Source of the DNA: a virus
Lineage: Duplodnaviria; Caudoviricetes
Virus record (IMG/VR): IMGVR_UViG_3300044847_000039
Span: 1 to 47,412 of that record
Strand: one strand, 5' to 3'
DNA: 47,412 nucleotides
Shown here: one piece after another, positions 16,501 to 23,780 of the stretch
Position numbering within the stretch: the stretch's first letter is position 1
Layout of the letters: each line of letters begins with the position of its first letter
Program-made: the position numbers and the translations under genes
The notes under the pieces: model-generated
The model's database searches: none
What the model saw: the letters and a program-made list of their open reading frames with translations, nothing else
Told to the model about the DNA's origin: nothing

Positions 16501-19012
16501 GACCTACGTCACACAGCCGTATCTCGACCGGATGGACGATCTTTTGGGTTGGATCGATCTCCGAAAGAGCGGCGCGCAGACGGACCGGGCCAAGCGGTTC
16601 GGTGAGTGGCTCGATGCCCAGCCTCCGGATGCACAGGAGGACATCAGGTCTCGCGTATCGCCCTCACTCATCGCCGGCCTCGACAAGACGACCAACTGGC
16701 GCGACCTCACGGTGCAGGATCTCCGGGACCTTCGCGCTGCGGCCGAAACGATCGAGGCGCAGGCCAAGCTCAAGTCGAAGTTGCGTTCCGGCGTCGAGGA
16801 ACGCGACCGGGAGATCGTGATCCACCAAGCCGTTTCGGAGATCCGGGCCCGATCGACGGGCGGCGAAGTCACCCGCTTGCCGCGCACCGAGGGCGTGCTC
16901 CCAAGGATCGGGGCCTTTGTCAGGGACGTCCGTGTGAAGTGGCTCCAGCGTCCCGAGGAGACCTACCGTCAACTTGGCCCGACCATGCAGAAGTACGGAT
17001 ACGACGCGATCTCGGACGCGGACGTGAAATACCGCCAATTAGTCCGCGACGTCACCGTTCCCATCATGAAGGAGATCGAGGGCCTCCCGCGTAGCGAAAG
17101 GAAGGCGTTGCGCCAGAAGATCACCATCGGGGATATGAGGCTCGATGGCGAAGCGGCTCTAGCTGTCGCCCTGCACCACGGGAATGAATCCAACGAGTAC
17201 AAGCTTCTCGCTGGCGAAGCGAAGATGGCGGGACGATTCGAGCGCGGCAACGGCCTCACGCCTGACGCTGTCGATCAGGTTCTCAAGTGGGTGGATCAGA
17301 AGCGATCGCGCTGGGAACTCGTTCAGCGCGTATGGAATCAGCTGTCCTCGAAGTGGCAAGAGATGGCGGACATCGAAAAGGCGCACACGGGTCTCGCGCC
17401 GCCCAAGATCGAGCCGAAGCCGTTTACGAGAACGCTTGCGGACGGAACGACCATCGACCTCCAAGGCGGCTACTACCCGATGGTCTACGACTTCCGGTTC
17501 TCGACCGCCGGACAGCGCACTGGCGAGGGCATCGAGTCGGGACTTCAGGCGATGGCCTTCCTCGGAGAGCGGGCCGTCACGCCTCAGGGCCATCTCCAGG
17601 CCCGCATCGAGACGTTTGCCCGTCCGGTGGACCTTTCTCTCGCTGCCCTTCCCCGCCATGTAACGGAATCAATGAAGGATCTCGCCATGCGGGACCTACT
17701 CATCTCCGTGCGGGACCTACTCACGGACGGACGGGTGCGGGACGCGATTCAAGACACACTGGGACCGGCGGCGTACAGCTCCCTGTTGCAACACTGGCGA
17801 GAGCGGGCGAACGAGGCGGCGATCGCTCGTGGCAATTGGCGCCTTCTCACCCGCGTTCGCTCGGCCGCGGCGGGTGGTTCCATCGCCTGGAACATCCCAG
17901 TTGCCGCACAGCACATCACCAACATCATTCCGACTTGGGACCGAGTGCCGGCGAAGTATCTTGCGCCCGCAATCGCTGAGTTCGGGGCGAAGCGCTGGAG
18001 CCTTCTCGAAGACACGATCTATCCGCTCTCGTCCTACATGTACGAACGGATCCATGAGGGCGATCCGACCATTCGTAGATCGCTCGCCGAGCTCACTGGC
18101 AAGCAGAGCAAGATCGAGAGCCTGTCCGAGGACATCCGCGAAGTAGGGATGCTCCCGATTCACATCATCACGGGCGCCTCTGCCGCAGCCGGCTGGAAGG
18201 GCGCCTATGACCACGCCATCGCGCCGAAGGAGCAGGGTGGCCTTGACCTCTTGGCCGGCAAGGACGGACCGGCCGCCCACTACGCTGACAGCATCGTGCG
18301 TCAGACGCAGACGTCGTACAGGTCGATGGATCGCTCTCTCGTCGAGCGGAACCCAATGACTAAGCCTTTCACGATGTTCTACGGGTTCATCTCGTCGCAG
18401 TTGAACATGCTTATCTCGGCGCACGCGGACGCCCGTCTCCAGTGGCACCAGGGGTTCCGCTCGGATGCCATCAGGCGGATCGCCAAGAGCTACGGCATCG
18501 TGATGGCGACGGGCGTGCTGGCGGAGGCGCTCGTCGGACAGGGACCGTCGCCGGACGAGGAAACGGGCGACGTCGGGCCTATGGACTGGGCCAAATGGGT
18601 TCCCGAATCGGCGCTCATGTACCTACCGTCGCTGCTGCCTTTCGGTCGCTCGGCAATGAACGCGGCCACTGGCAAGCAGGGCCGCGATATGTCCTTCACG
18701 CCCTGGATGCACGTTGGCCAAGCCGCGGTGAACACCGTACGCGATGTCAAGAAGGCCGCCTCTGATGAGGCGGTGGGCGACGAGGTCTACAAGGCCGGGC
18801 TCGAAGCGCTCTCCACCTTCGGTTGGTGGTACGGCCTGCCCGTCACGCAACTCCGACGCACCGGAGACTACTGGCTCGACATCTCGCCAGAGGGACCGAT
18901 TCAGTCCCAAGAGTCGGAACAGGCTAGCGCGCCTGAAGCCCTCTACGGCACGCTGTACGGTCCGAAGCGTCCTGGCCGAATGGGCGTCTCCATCTTCGGT
19001 CCTGAGCGATGA
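13538..19012 (+). CDS. Large internal virion/DNA ejection protein (gp16-like)
   Basis: 1824 aa, helical; GGYYPMVYD, KPFTMFYGF; last gene of the ejection cluster. Confidence 0.8.
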   Translation: MAGWQDDPVVDEAPDPGPAKPSWQADPVVSSDPAYPGADNLGVFPIPPPKPTGDTLRASYRAVQDVNPDEQGKVIRISRDTGIPPAIVQADPDGAAKSRPPTQLELLPSHAPSLAAHVQQPQNMAAAKDDLAKLSTLEWTLTGGLVTGAAWDAEPLKYQPPVWLEALRKGWSGVRQGLEKTRQELGLDPSWTQILYPFSTSDLSEAQRAERAAPDVVAAARDLQARSTLAKAWVGGFQAAPFLVGNVAAAAGGGVPGMVAFNTATVYGENVEQIGQIQGPKGESGASPGGRALATALSVGEGAIYSIGLGRLGKTLAGPVAKRIPGEIVNRVMSSPELAKTIGKLVLRFGEAEVEGAATMAAASALQSAGQEFAKSRVDENHDFDTTPVVDQAERAFKQGLTDFALISAFGAARRGFYDLGISRLSSREAQTLRESGKAVKDSKLADRDPTSVEDLIAQTAPGQSVLVDRDVWNQYWREKGTDPRAKAAEVAGDDGASFDLSERTQYLALPLSKALVRLGKTEHWQALLQDAKLSPEARTPNEETAAQAERSAQATSLPGQIPEAPDFTLWRPGEGPPPIPLTEREAPKPPLEPQGPHSDLPSPLARQLYPELWKAPEESALVRKLYPDIDRRVAQSAIAYAEATAGLGEPTKAVLAAAEPKDRERLVQAEADKYHETLRRTLVTVASDSSPPDRVREAVRKEIETQLDAEPVRRLADYLSRPKAPEAGIVEASLGRLDPTLLDEHGQPFRLDRKTLVEDYGPDIVKQLPRGATVEKGGAPADFLASRFGFPDAASMIDALRTMGDREATVEARVQDRLHELYPAVAENPAAVVQAAIDAEHSPKAVEAALEGARLLVRQVDPSLGDRLKVMENAAVRKQTADRLISTNRVADALPERFLQAERKYAKEALELTAKALGKNEARAKEYAAQAMDARDAQLLNMELYRAARDARKESAGAVEYLASMTRSDARKELGKATSSEVGPDGKTYVTQPYLDRMDDLLGWIDLRKSGAQTDRAKRFGEWLDAQPPDAQEDIRSRVSPSLIAGLDKTTNWRDLTVQDLRDLRAAAETIEAQAKLKSKLRSGVEERDREIVIHQAVSEIRARSTGGEVTRLPRTEGVLPRIGAFVRDVRVKWLQRPEETYRQLGPTMQKYGYDAISDADVKYRQLVRDVTVPIMKEIEGLPRSERKALRQKITIGDMRLDGEAALAVALHHGNESNEYKLLAGEAKMAGRFERGNGLTPDAVDQVLKWVDQKRSRWELVQRVWNQLSSKWQEMADIEKAHTGLAPPKIEPKPFTRTLADGTTIDLQGGYYPMVYDFRFSTAGQRTGEGIESGLQAMAFLGERAVTPQGHLQARIETFARPVDLSLAALPRHVTESMKDLAMRDLLISVRDLLTDGRVRDAIQDTLGPAAYSSLLQHWRERANEAAIARGNWRLLTRVRSAAAGGSIAWNIPVAAQHITNIIPTWDRVPAKYLAPAIAEFGAKRWSLLEDTIYPLSSYMYERIHEGDPTIRRSLAELTGKQSKIESLSEDIREVGMLPIHIITGASAAAGWKGAYDHAIAPKEQGGLDLLAGKDGPAAHYADSIVRQTQTSYRSMDRSLVERNPMTKPFTMFYGFISSQLNMLISAHADARLQWHQGFRSDAIRRIAKSYGIVMATGVLAEALVGQGPSPDEETGDVGPMDWAKWVPESALMYLPSLLPFGRSAMNAATGKQGRDMSFTPWMHVGQAAVNTVRDVKKAASDEAVGDEVYKAGLEALSTFGWWYGLPVTQLRRTGDYWLDISPEGPIQSQESEQASAPEALYGTLYGPKRPGRMGVSIFGPER

Positions 19013-19419
19013 GACGGCACCGGGACATATCGGCCCTCGCCACCATCTCGCCAGCGCGCAGTCGCGTCGAGGCGGCCGTGCGTCTCCAGAAACAGGCCGA
19101 AACCGATCTCCTCCAGTACCGGGTGTCTCGGTCCATTGTCCCTGTCTCGGCGGACCGGGGAGACAGCTCCCAGACATTGACGGTGGGGACTGACTCTCAG
19201 ATCCAACGCTGGGCTACGGCCCTGACGGCAAATCGCACAGTCACGCTCTCGACGACCGGAGCGACGAACGGGGATTGGTTTCGTGTTGTGCGAACGGGAC
19301 TTGGTGCTTTCACGCTGGACGTTGGGGGTCTCAAGACCATCCCCAACGCTACCGCTGCGGCCGTGGATGTCGCCTATGACGGTACCGCATGGAGACTCAC
19401 CGATTATGGCCTCCTATGA
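19009..19419 (+). CDS. Small beta-rich virion/fibre-tip-like protein, paralog of 3275..3616
   Basis: ALTANRTVTLS...VRTGLGAFTLDVGGLKT...YDGTAW. Confidence 0.75.
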   Translation: MRRHRDISALATISPARSRVEAAVRLQKQAETDLLQYRVSRSIVPVSADRGDSSQTLTVGTDSQIQRWATALTANRTVTLSTTGATNGDWFRVVRTGLGAFTLDVGGLKTIPNATAAAVDVAYDGTAWRLTDYGLL

Positions 19420-19703
19420 TTGACGGGCTCTTTCGTGCTGCCGGCACCTCGGCTGCCCTCATGGCTTCCTCCTTCGCGGCGCTGGAGCTCAGCCCGGAAG
19501 AACATGCCGGGAACATCTCGACGATTGTACTCGTGGCGGGGGGAGTAGGGGCCGTCATCGCAGGACTATCGTGGCTCGATCGGCGCATCGAAGGAAAGAT
19601 CAGGAAACACGCGGAGGAAGAGCAGCGGCTAGACGACCTACGCCAGAGAGAACTGCTCGCCCACGTCAGCCAGTTACTCGCAGAAAACAGGAGAGTCCCA
19701 TGA
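19416..19703 (+). CDS. Membrane protein, holin/antiholin candidate
   Basis: TM segment IVLVAGGVGAVIAGLSWL followed by a charged tail; ATGA overlap; upstream of the endolysin. Confidence 0.6.
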   Translation: MIDGLFRAAGTSAALMASSFAALELSPEEHAGNISTIVLVAGGVGAVIAGLSWLDRRIEGKIRKHAEEEQRLDDLRQRELLAHVSQLLAENRRVP

Positions 19704-19813
19704 AACTGCCCGCTTTCATGTCGCAGAAGGACGTCACGCTGAACGCCGGTTGGCTCTATCTCGGAGGCTTGGTCCTCTTCGTCCTCGGGGCGATCGTCGG
19801 TCGCGCACTCTAG
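19700..19813 (+). CDS. 37-aa single-TM protein in the lysis cassette
   Basis: AGGAG RBS, ATGA overlap; WLYLGGLVLFVLGAIVG. Confidence 0.6.
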   Translation: MKLPAFMSQKDVTLNAGWLYLGGLVLFVLGAIVGRAL

Positions 19814-20290
19814 GTGGCAACTATGATGCGCGCCTCTGAGCATTTCTCGTTCGCGGAACTCACCGTCACGGATCATCGTGAGTTTCTGATGGAGCAAGAC
19901 GCGGCCCCTCCGCAAATCCGCGCCAACCTTGTCCGGCTCGCGACGGATCTACTGGAGCCAGCACGGGGGTTCATCGGGCCGCTGCACGTCAATAGCGGAT
20001 ATCGATGCCCAGGCCTCAACACTGCAATCGGTGGCTCGAAGACGAGTGCTCACATGGAGGGGTTAGCGGCGGACGTACTCCCGCTGGATATGGATCTTCG
20101 GGATGCGTATCAACGGCTCGCCACCAGCGGCCTGCCGTTCGACCAACTGATCTTTGAGTTCTCTCGGTGGATTCATATCGGTGCGCCAACTCATGCGCAC
20201 GTGCCGCGGTTGCAGCGCTTGGCGATCTACGAACCGGGTCAGTACATCGTCTGGACCTCAGACGATCCCCGTTTCCGAGGTGTCGCATGA
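19814..20290 (+). CDS. Endolysin, peptidase M15A family
   Basis: SEHFSFAEL, NSGYRCPGLNTAIGGSKTSAHMEGLAAD, FDQLIFE, WIHI; start may be 19823 or 19826. Confidence 0.9.
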   Translation: MATMMRASEHFSFAELTVTDHREFLMEQDAAPPQIRANLVRLATDLLEPARGFIGPLHVNSGYRCPGLNTAIGGSKTSAHMEGLAADVLPLDMDLRDAYQRLATSGLPFDQLIFEFSRWIHIGAPTHAHVPRLQRLAIYEPGQYIVWTSDDPRFRGVA

Positions 20291-20622
20291 CCAGACTCTT
20301 CGTCGTTGCTGTGCTTCTCCTCGTCGGTGGCGCGAATGCCGCCGTTCCCTGCCCGAATCCATCGCGCTCCCAGGCCGCCGTGGACGCCTTCAAGGCCGCA
20401 TGGTCGGCTGCGCACGGCGCGCCTTGCCCGAGCACGTGCCGGACGTACATCCGCATGGGCCGCGCGTTCGTCATGTACGAGCGGTGCGGAGCCTGCGAGG
20501 TGGACCACTTGTGCCCGATCGCCTGCTGCGGCGCCGACACGCCCGCGAACATGCATTGGATGGATAAGAAGGCGAATCGCGCAAAGGGCGCGGACTGTAC
20601 GGCGTGCCCGGTGACTCCATGA
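20287..20622 (+). CDS. Signal-peptide-bearing HNH-like protein
   Basis: MTRLFVVAVLLLVGGANA signal; EVDHLCPIACCGADTPANMHW...NRAK. Confidence 0.75.
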   Translation: MTRLFVVAVLLLVGGANAAVPCPNPSRSQAAVDAFKAAWSAAHGAPCPSTCRTYIRMGRAFVMYERCGACEVDHLCPIACCGADTPANMHWMDKKANRAKGADCTACPVTP

Positions 20623-20879
20623 TCCCGCTCATCCGATCATTCGTTCTCGAACTTCTCTACTCGCCCGAGGCGGCGCGGGTGTGGTTTCGCTCCTTCCTTG
20701 CCTGGGCTTCCGGGGTCGGCGCACAGGTTGTGGCCGCTCCGCCCGGCGAGATCGCGAAGTGGACGCTCAAGGACTGGGTCATCCGTTGCGCCATCGCTGG
20801 CGTGCTCGGCTTTGCGCTCATGCTCAAGGCTGGCGAGAAGAACGCCAAGGGCGGCCTAACGCCACTGGAGCCGAAATGA
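20619..20879 (+). CDS. Holin-like membrane protein
   Basis: Two hydrophobic segments, basic C-terminus, lysis cassette, ATGA overlap. Confidence 0.55.
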   Translation: MIPLIRSFVLELLYSPEAARVWFRSFLAWASGVGAQVVAAPPGEIAKWTLKDWVIRCAIAGVLGFALMLKAGEKNAKGGLTPLEPK

Positions 20880-21412
20880 CGCGCTACCTGTACGAAGCAG
20901 GTGCAGTGCTCGCCGCGCTCGTCGTGGGGACGGTGGGCGGCCGCTTCTCCGCTCCAATCAAGACCGTCGAGAAGACCATCACTATCGAGAAGACGGTCCG
21001 CGACGAGGAGGCCATCGCTCGGGCCGTGGCTGACGCGAGGGCTCAATGGTCGAAGGAAGTGCAGGACCACACGGTCACTCGCACCATCTACAAGGAAGGC
21101 AAGATCGTCGAGAAGGTCGTCTTTGTGGACCGCGACACGAGGTCCGAAGGATCAAAGACGACCACGAGCGAGGTCGATACCAAGATCACGACCCACGAGG
21201 AAGCGACCAAGACCGTGGAGAAGGAAAAGGTCACCGAGACCGGCCGTCCGCGCCTCGCCGTGGGCGCTTCCCTTCCTCCCCGCTACCCTGTGTCACTCAA
21301 GGCCGTAGCACCGGAGCTGGATGTGCGTCTCCTCGGGTCCGTGTGGCTCGGGGCGCGCTACGTCCACACCGACGAGACACCATTCCGTGTCGCGCTGCGC
21401 TTCGAGTTCTGA
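20876..21412 (+). CDS. Spanin-like protein: N-terminal TM, T/E/K-rich stalk, C-terminal beta-strands ending in Phe
   Basis: AGAVLAALVVGTVGG; KTVEKTITIEK-type segments; ...VWLGARY...FRVALRFEF. Confidence 0.6.
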   Translation: MTRYLYEAGAVLAALVVGTVGGRFSAPIKTVEKTITIEKTVRDEEAIARAVADARAQWSKEVQDHTVTRTIYKEGKIVEKVVFVDRDTRSEGSKTTTSEVDTKITTHEEATKTVEKEKVTETGRPRLAVGASLPPRYPVSLKAVAPELDVRLLGSVWLGARYVHTDETPFRVALRFEF

Positions 21413-22809
21413 TGCCTCGCCAGTACAACATCCCGGCCCCGCGTCGCCAGGCACTCCGTACCGAGCTAGGCCGCGGCACGGACGAATCGCTCGGCTACTG
21501 GGCCAGGGCCGTAGGAGACACGATGCTCGTCACTGCTTCCGGAAGCACGACGCAGCGCCAACTCAACGACCGTTTCGCCGACGTGGTGAACGTCAAGGAC
21601 TACGGGGCCATGGCAGACGGCGTCACCGACGACAGGGCGGCGATTGCCGCGGCCATCGCGGTGGCGTCCGCTTCGGGCGGCCGGGTCTACTTCCCGCCCG
21701 GCACCTATCTCGTGGGCTCTGCCTTTACGATCCCGTCGAGTGTGATCCTCCAGGGCGCAGGGAAGGAGCGAACGACGCTCAAGCGTGGCTTTACCGGCGA
21801 CCTCATCACGTCTCAGGCGTCGTTCTCCGCCCTCTACGACCTCACGATCGACGGGGATACGGCGACGCGGGGCGCGGGGCGCGGAATCATCGTTGCCGCC
21901 TCGTCGTCCTCGCAGGCGCACGTCAACGTGGTGGTGAAGAACTTCGTAGAGGCGGCGCTTGAGTTCGGTACGGACGGCGGTAGCAACTTCGTCTCTCTCG
22001 CGTCGAAATACTACACTACCGGAACCGTGGGCGTGGTCGCGGCCGTGAAAGGCGGCGCGACGACCAGCGCCGTTCCCCGTTCATTCTTCGGTACAGCCTC
22101 GGATGGCTGCACCCTCTTCGACTTCGGGCAGGCGAATCATTGGTACGCGTCGGGCTTCTTCACGAACGGGCTCATCTTCTCCGACAATACGGCATTCAAC
22201 GTGGAGCTGCGCCAGTTCCGGGCCGGGAGTCTCGGGGGGACGATCACCGTCAAGGGAAACTCGCATTATTTCTCGGGCGTCTCGTCCGTTGCGTGGATCC
22301 TCGACTCGTCGGTTACCGCCTCGTTCGTGGACGTGCAGGCGCCGAATTGGGACATCACCGACAACGGCACGAACAACAGCGTCTCTCAAATCACGGGTGG
22401 CGGCGGGTGGACCCCGACCTGGACCGCGGCAACGAGCGGTACGCCCGCGGTGGGCACCGGAGGCTCGCTCACTGGTCGTTACTCACGGCGCGGCGCCTGG
22501 GTGCGGATAGAGATCGCCCTCTCTCTCGGTACTGGTTTCGCCACGGGGACCGGGTCGTGGGAGTTCTCGATTCCGGCGGCGGCACACAGTGTCAACCCGG
22601 TCCAGGTGTGCGGTACGGCCTACATGGCCAACGCCGCTGGCAAGGGGGCGGTGGGGGCAGTTCAGATCGCGACCGGCGCGTCGGTGTTACGGGTCAAGAC
22701 GGCGCTGACGGACGGCACGTTCGGCACCGTCGATGCTGGCTCGTTCGGTCCCTTCACCTGGGACGCTGGCTCGACGCTGCGGCTCTCGTGCGAGTACCGC
22801 GTGCCGTGA
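21412..22809 (+). CDS. Tailspike / depolymerase with pectate-lyase-like beta-helix
   Basis: DRFADVVNVKDYGAMADGVTDDRAAI...VYFPPGTYLV; C-terminal WTPTWT...GRYSRRG fibre domain. Confidence 0.88.
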   Translation: MPRQYNIPAPRRQALRTELGRGTDESLGYWARAVGDTMLVTASGSTTQRQLNDRFADVVNVKDYGAMADGVTDDRAAIAAAIAVASASGGRVYFPPGTYLVGSAFTIPSSVILQGAGKERTTLKRGFTGDLITSQASFSALYDLTIDGDTATRGAGRGIIVAASSSSQAHVNVVVKNFVEAALEFGTDGGSNFVSLASKYYTTGTVGVVAAVKGGATTSAVPRSFFGTASDGCTLFDFGQANHWYASGFFTNGLIFSDNTAFNVELRQFRAGSLGGTITVKGNSHYFSGVSSVAWILDSSVTASFVDVQAPNWDITDNGTNNSVSQITGGGGWTPTWTAATSGTPAVGTGGSLTGRYSRRGAWVRIEIALSLGTGFATGTGSWEFSIPAAAHSVNPVQVCGTAYMANAAGKGAVGAVQIATGASVLRVKTALTDGTFGTVDAGSFGPFTWDAGSTLRLSCEYRVP

Positions 22810-23117
22810 CCCGCCTCCCCATCCCCCGCCGCCTCCGCATCCGCGGCCGCGTGTGGAGGGTCGAGATCGTCCCCGAGCCGCCTACCATCCGCGGCGTGCC
22901 CCACGCGGGCACCTGTGACCACCGGAGGCGTCGCATCGAGGTCTGGCGCGGTCTCCCTCGCTTCGAGCGCGAGGTCACCTTCGCCCATGAGCTCGGCCAC
23001 GCACTCGTGGGACGGCCTCGGCCCGGGCAGCGCTCGGCCGAGGAGCGGGTGGTGGAGCGGCTGGCGGGGCCGCTGAGGGAGATGCTGTCACAACGGGGCG
23101 AGGCGTTAGGTGTCTAG
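22806..23117 (+). CDS. Small HExxH zinc metallopeptidase (ImmA/IrrE-like)
   Basis: GTCDHRRRRIEV...TFAHELGHAL...EERVV; GTGA overlap. Confidence 0.75.
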   Translation: MTRLPIPRRLRIRGRVWRVEIVPEPPTIRGVPHAGTCDHRRRRIEVWRGLPRFEREVTFAHELGHALVGRPRPGQRSAEERVVERLAGPLREMLSQRGEALGV

Positions 23118-23149
23118 GCCGTGTCAGTGGTGTGCACTAGACTCTGCCT

Positions 23150-23716
23150 ATGGTCAAGCGTGTGTTCACGAATATCCCCTGGAAAATACGTGGCCGGACG
23201 GTCGGTTACATACGCGGCGGCACCTACTACATCTGGCGTACGGTTGCCGGTCGTCGCGTACGGTTGACCACGAGCTGCGTGACTGAGCAGGCCGCCCGGG
23301 CGGAGTACGAACGCTTCGAACTGAGTCCCAGTACCTATGTGAACCGGCTTGGCCGGCGGGCACTGCCGCTAGGATCGGATCCAGCACGTGCGGTCCAGCT
23401 CCGAAATAACCGTCTCGCTTTACGCTACAAGCTCACGTCCACCGACTACGATGCCCTTTTGGCGCTCCAGGACGGCCGGTGTGCCATCTGCGGCGCGCGG
23501 CCGACCGAAACCAAGCGCGGAGGCCTGGAGGTGGACCATTGCCACGCTACGGGCGTTGTGCGCGGTTTACTCTGCGGGCCATGCAACCGGGGTATCGGGA
23601 ACCTTGGCGATTCACTTGACTTGCTCCGGAAAGCCGTGGCTTACATGGAGGCTGGACAGAGCAAGGGAGACACACTGATTCAGGGTGGGGGCAGACATCG
23701 AACAGTAAGGGGTTGA
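23150..23716 (+). CDS. Endonuclease VII-family nuclease with integrase-arm-like N-terminal domain
   Basis: YKLTSTDYDALLALQDGRCAIC...VDHCHATGVVRGLLCGPCNRGIG. Confidence 0.88.
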   Translation: MVKRVFTNIPWKIRGRTVGYIRGGTYYIWRTVAGRRVRLTTSCVTEQAARAEYERFELSPSTYVNRLGRRALPLGSDPARAVQLRNNRLALRYKLTSTDYDALLALQDGRCAICGARPTETKRGGLEVDHCHATGVVRGLLCGPCNRGIGNLGDSLDLLRKAVAYMEAGQSKGDTLIQGGGRHRTVRG

Positions 23717-23728
23717 TATCACGAACCT

Positions 23729-23768
23729 TGGGGGATCGTCTAACGGCAGGACGCCAGACTCTGGATCT
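23729..23768 (+). mobile_element. attP: attP core: 5' half of tRNA-Gln(CUG)
   Basis: TGGGGGA-TC-GTC TAACGGCAG GAC-G-CCAGA CTCTGGA TCT gives acceptor 5' strand, D arm and anticodon arm; no T arm; 12 bp from the int stop. Confidence 0.85.
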
Positions 23769-23780
23769 TGTGACCATTAG

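Noticed and set aside
11753-19012. Lytic transglycosylase domain in the ejection proteins
   Set aside because: No convincing ES..GLMQ-type motif seen by eye; a profile search would be needed.
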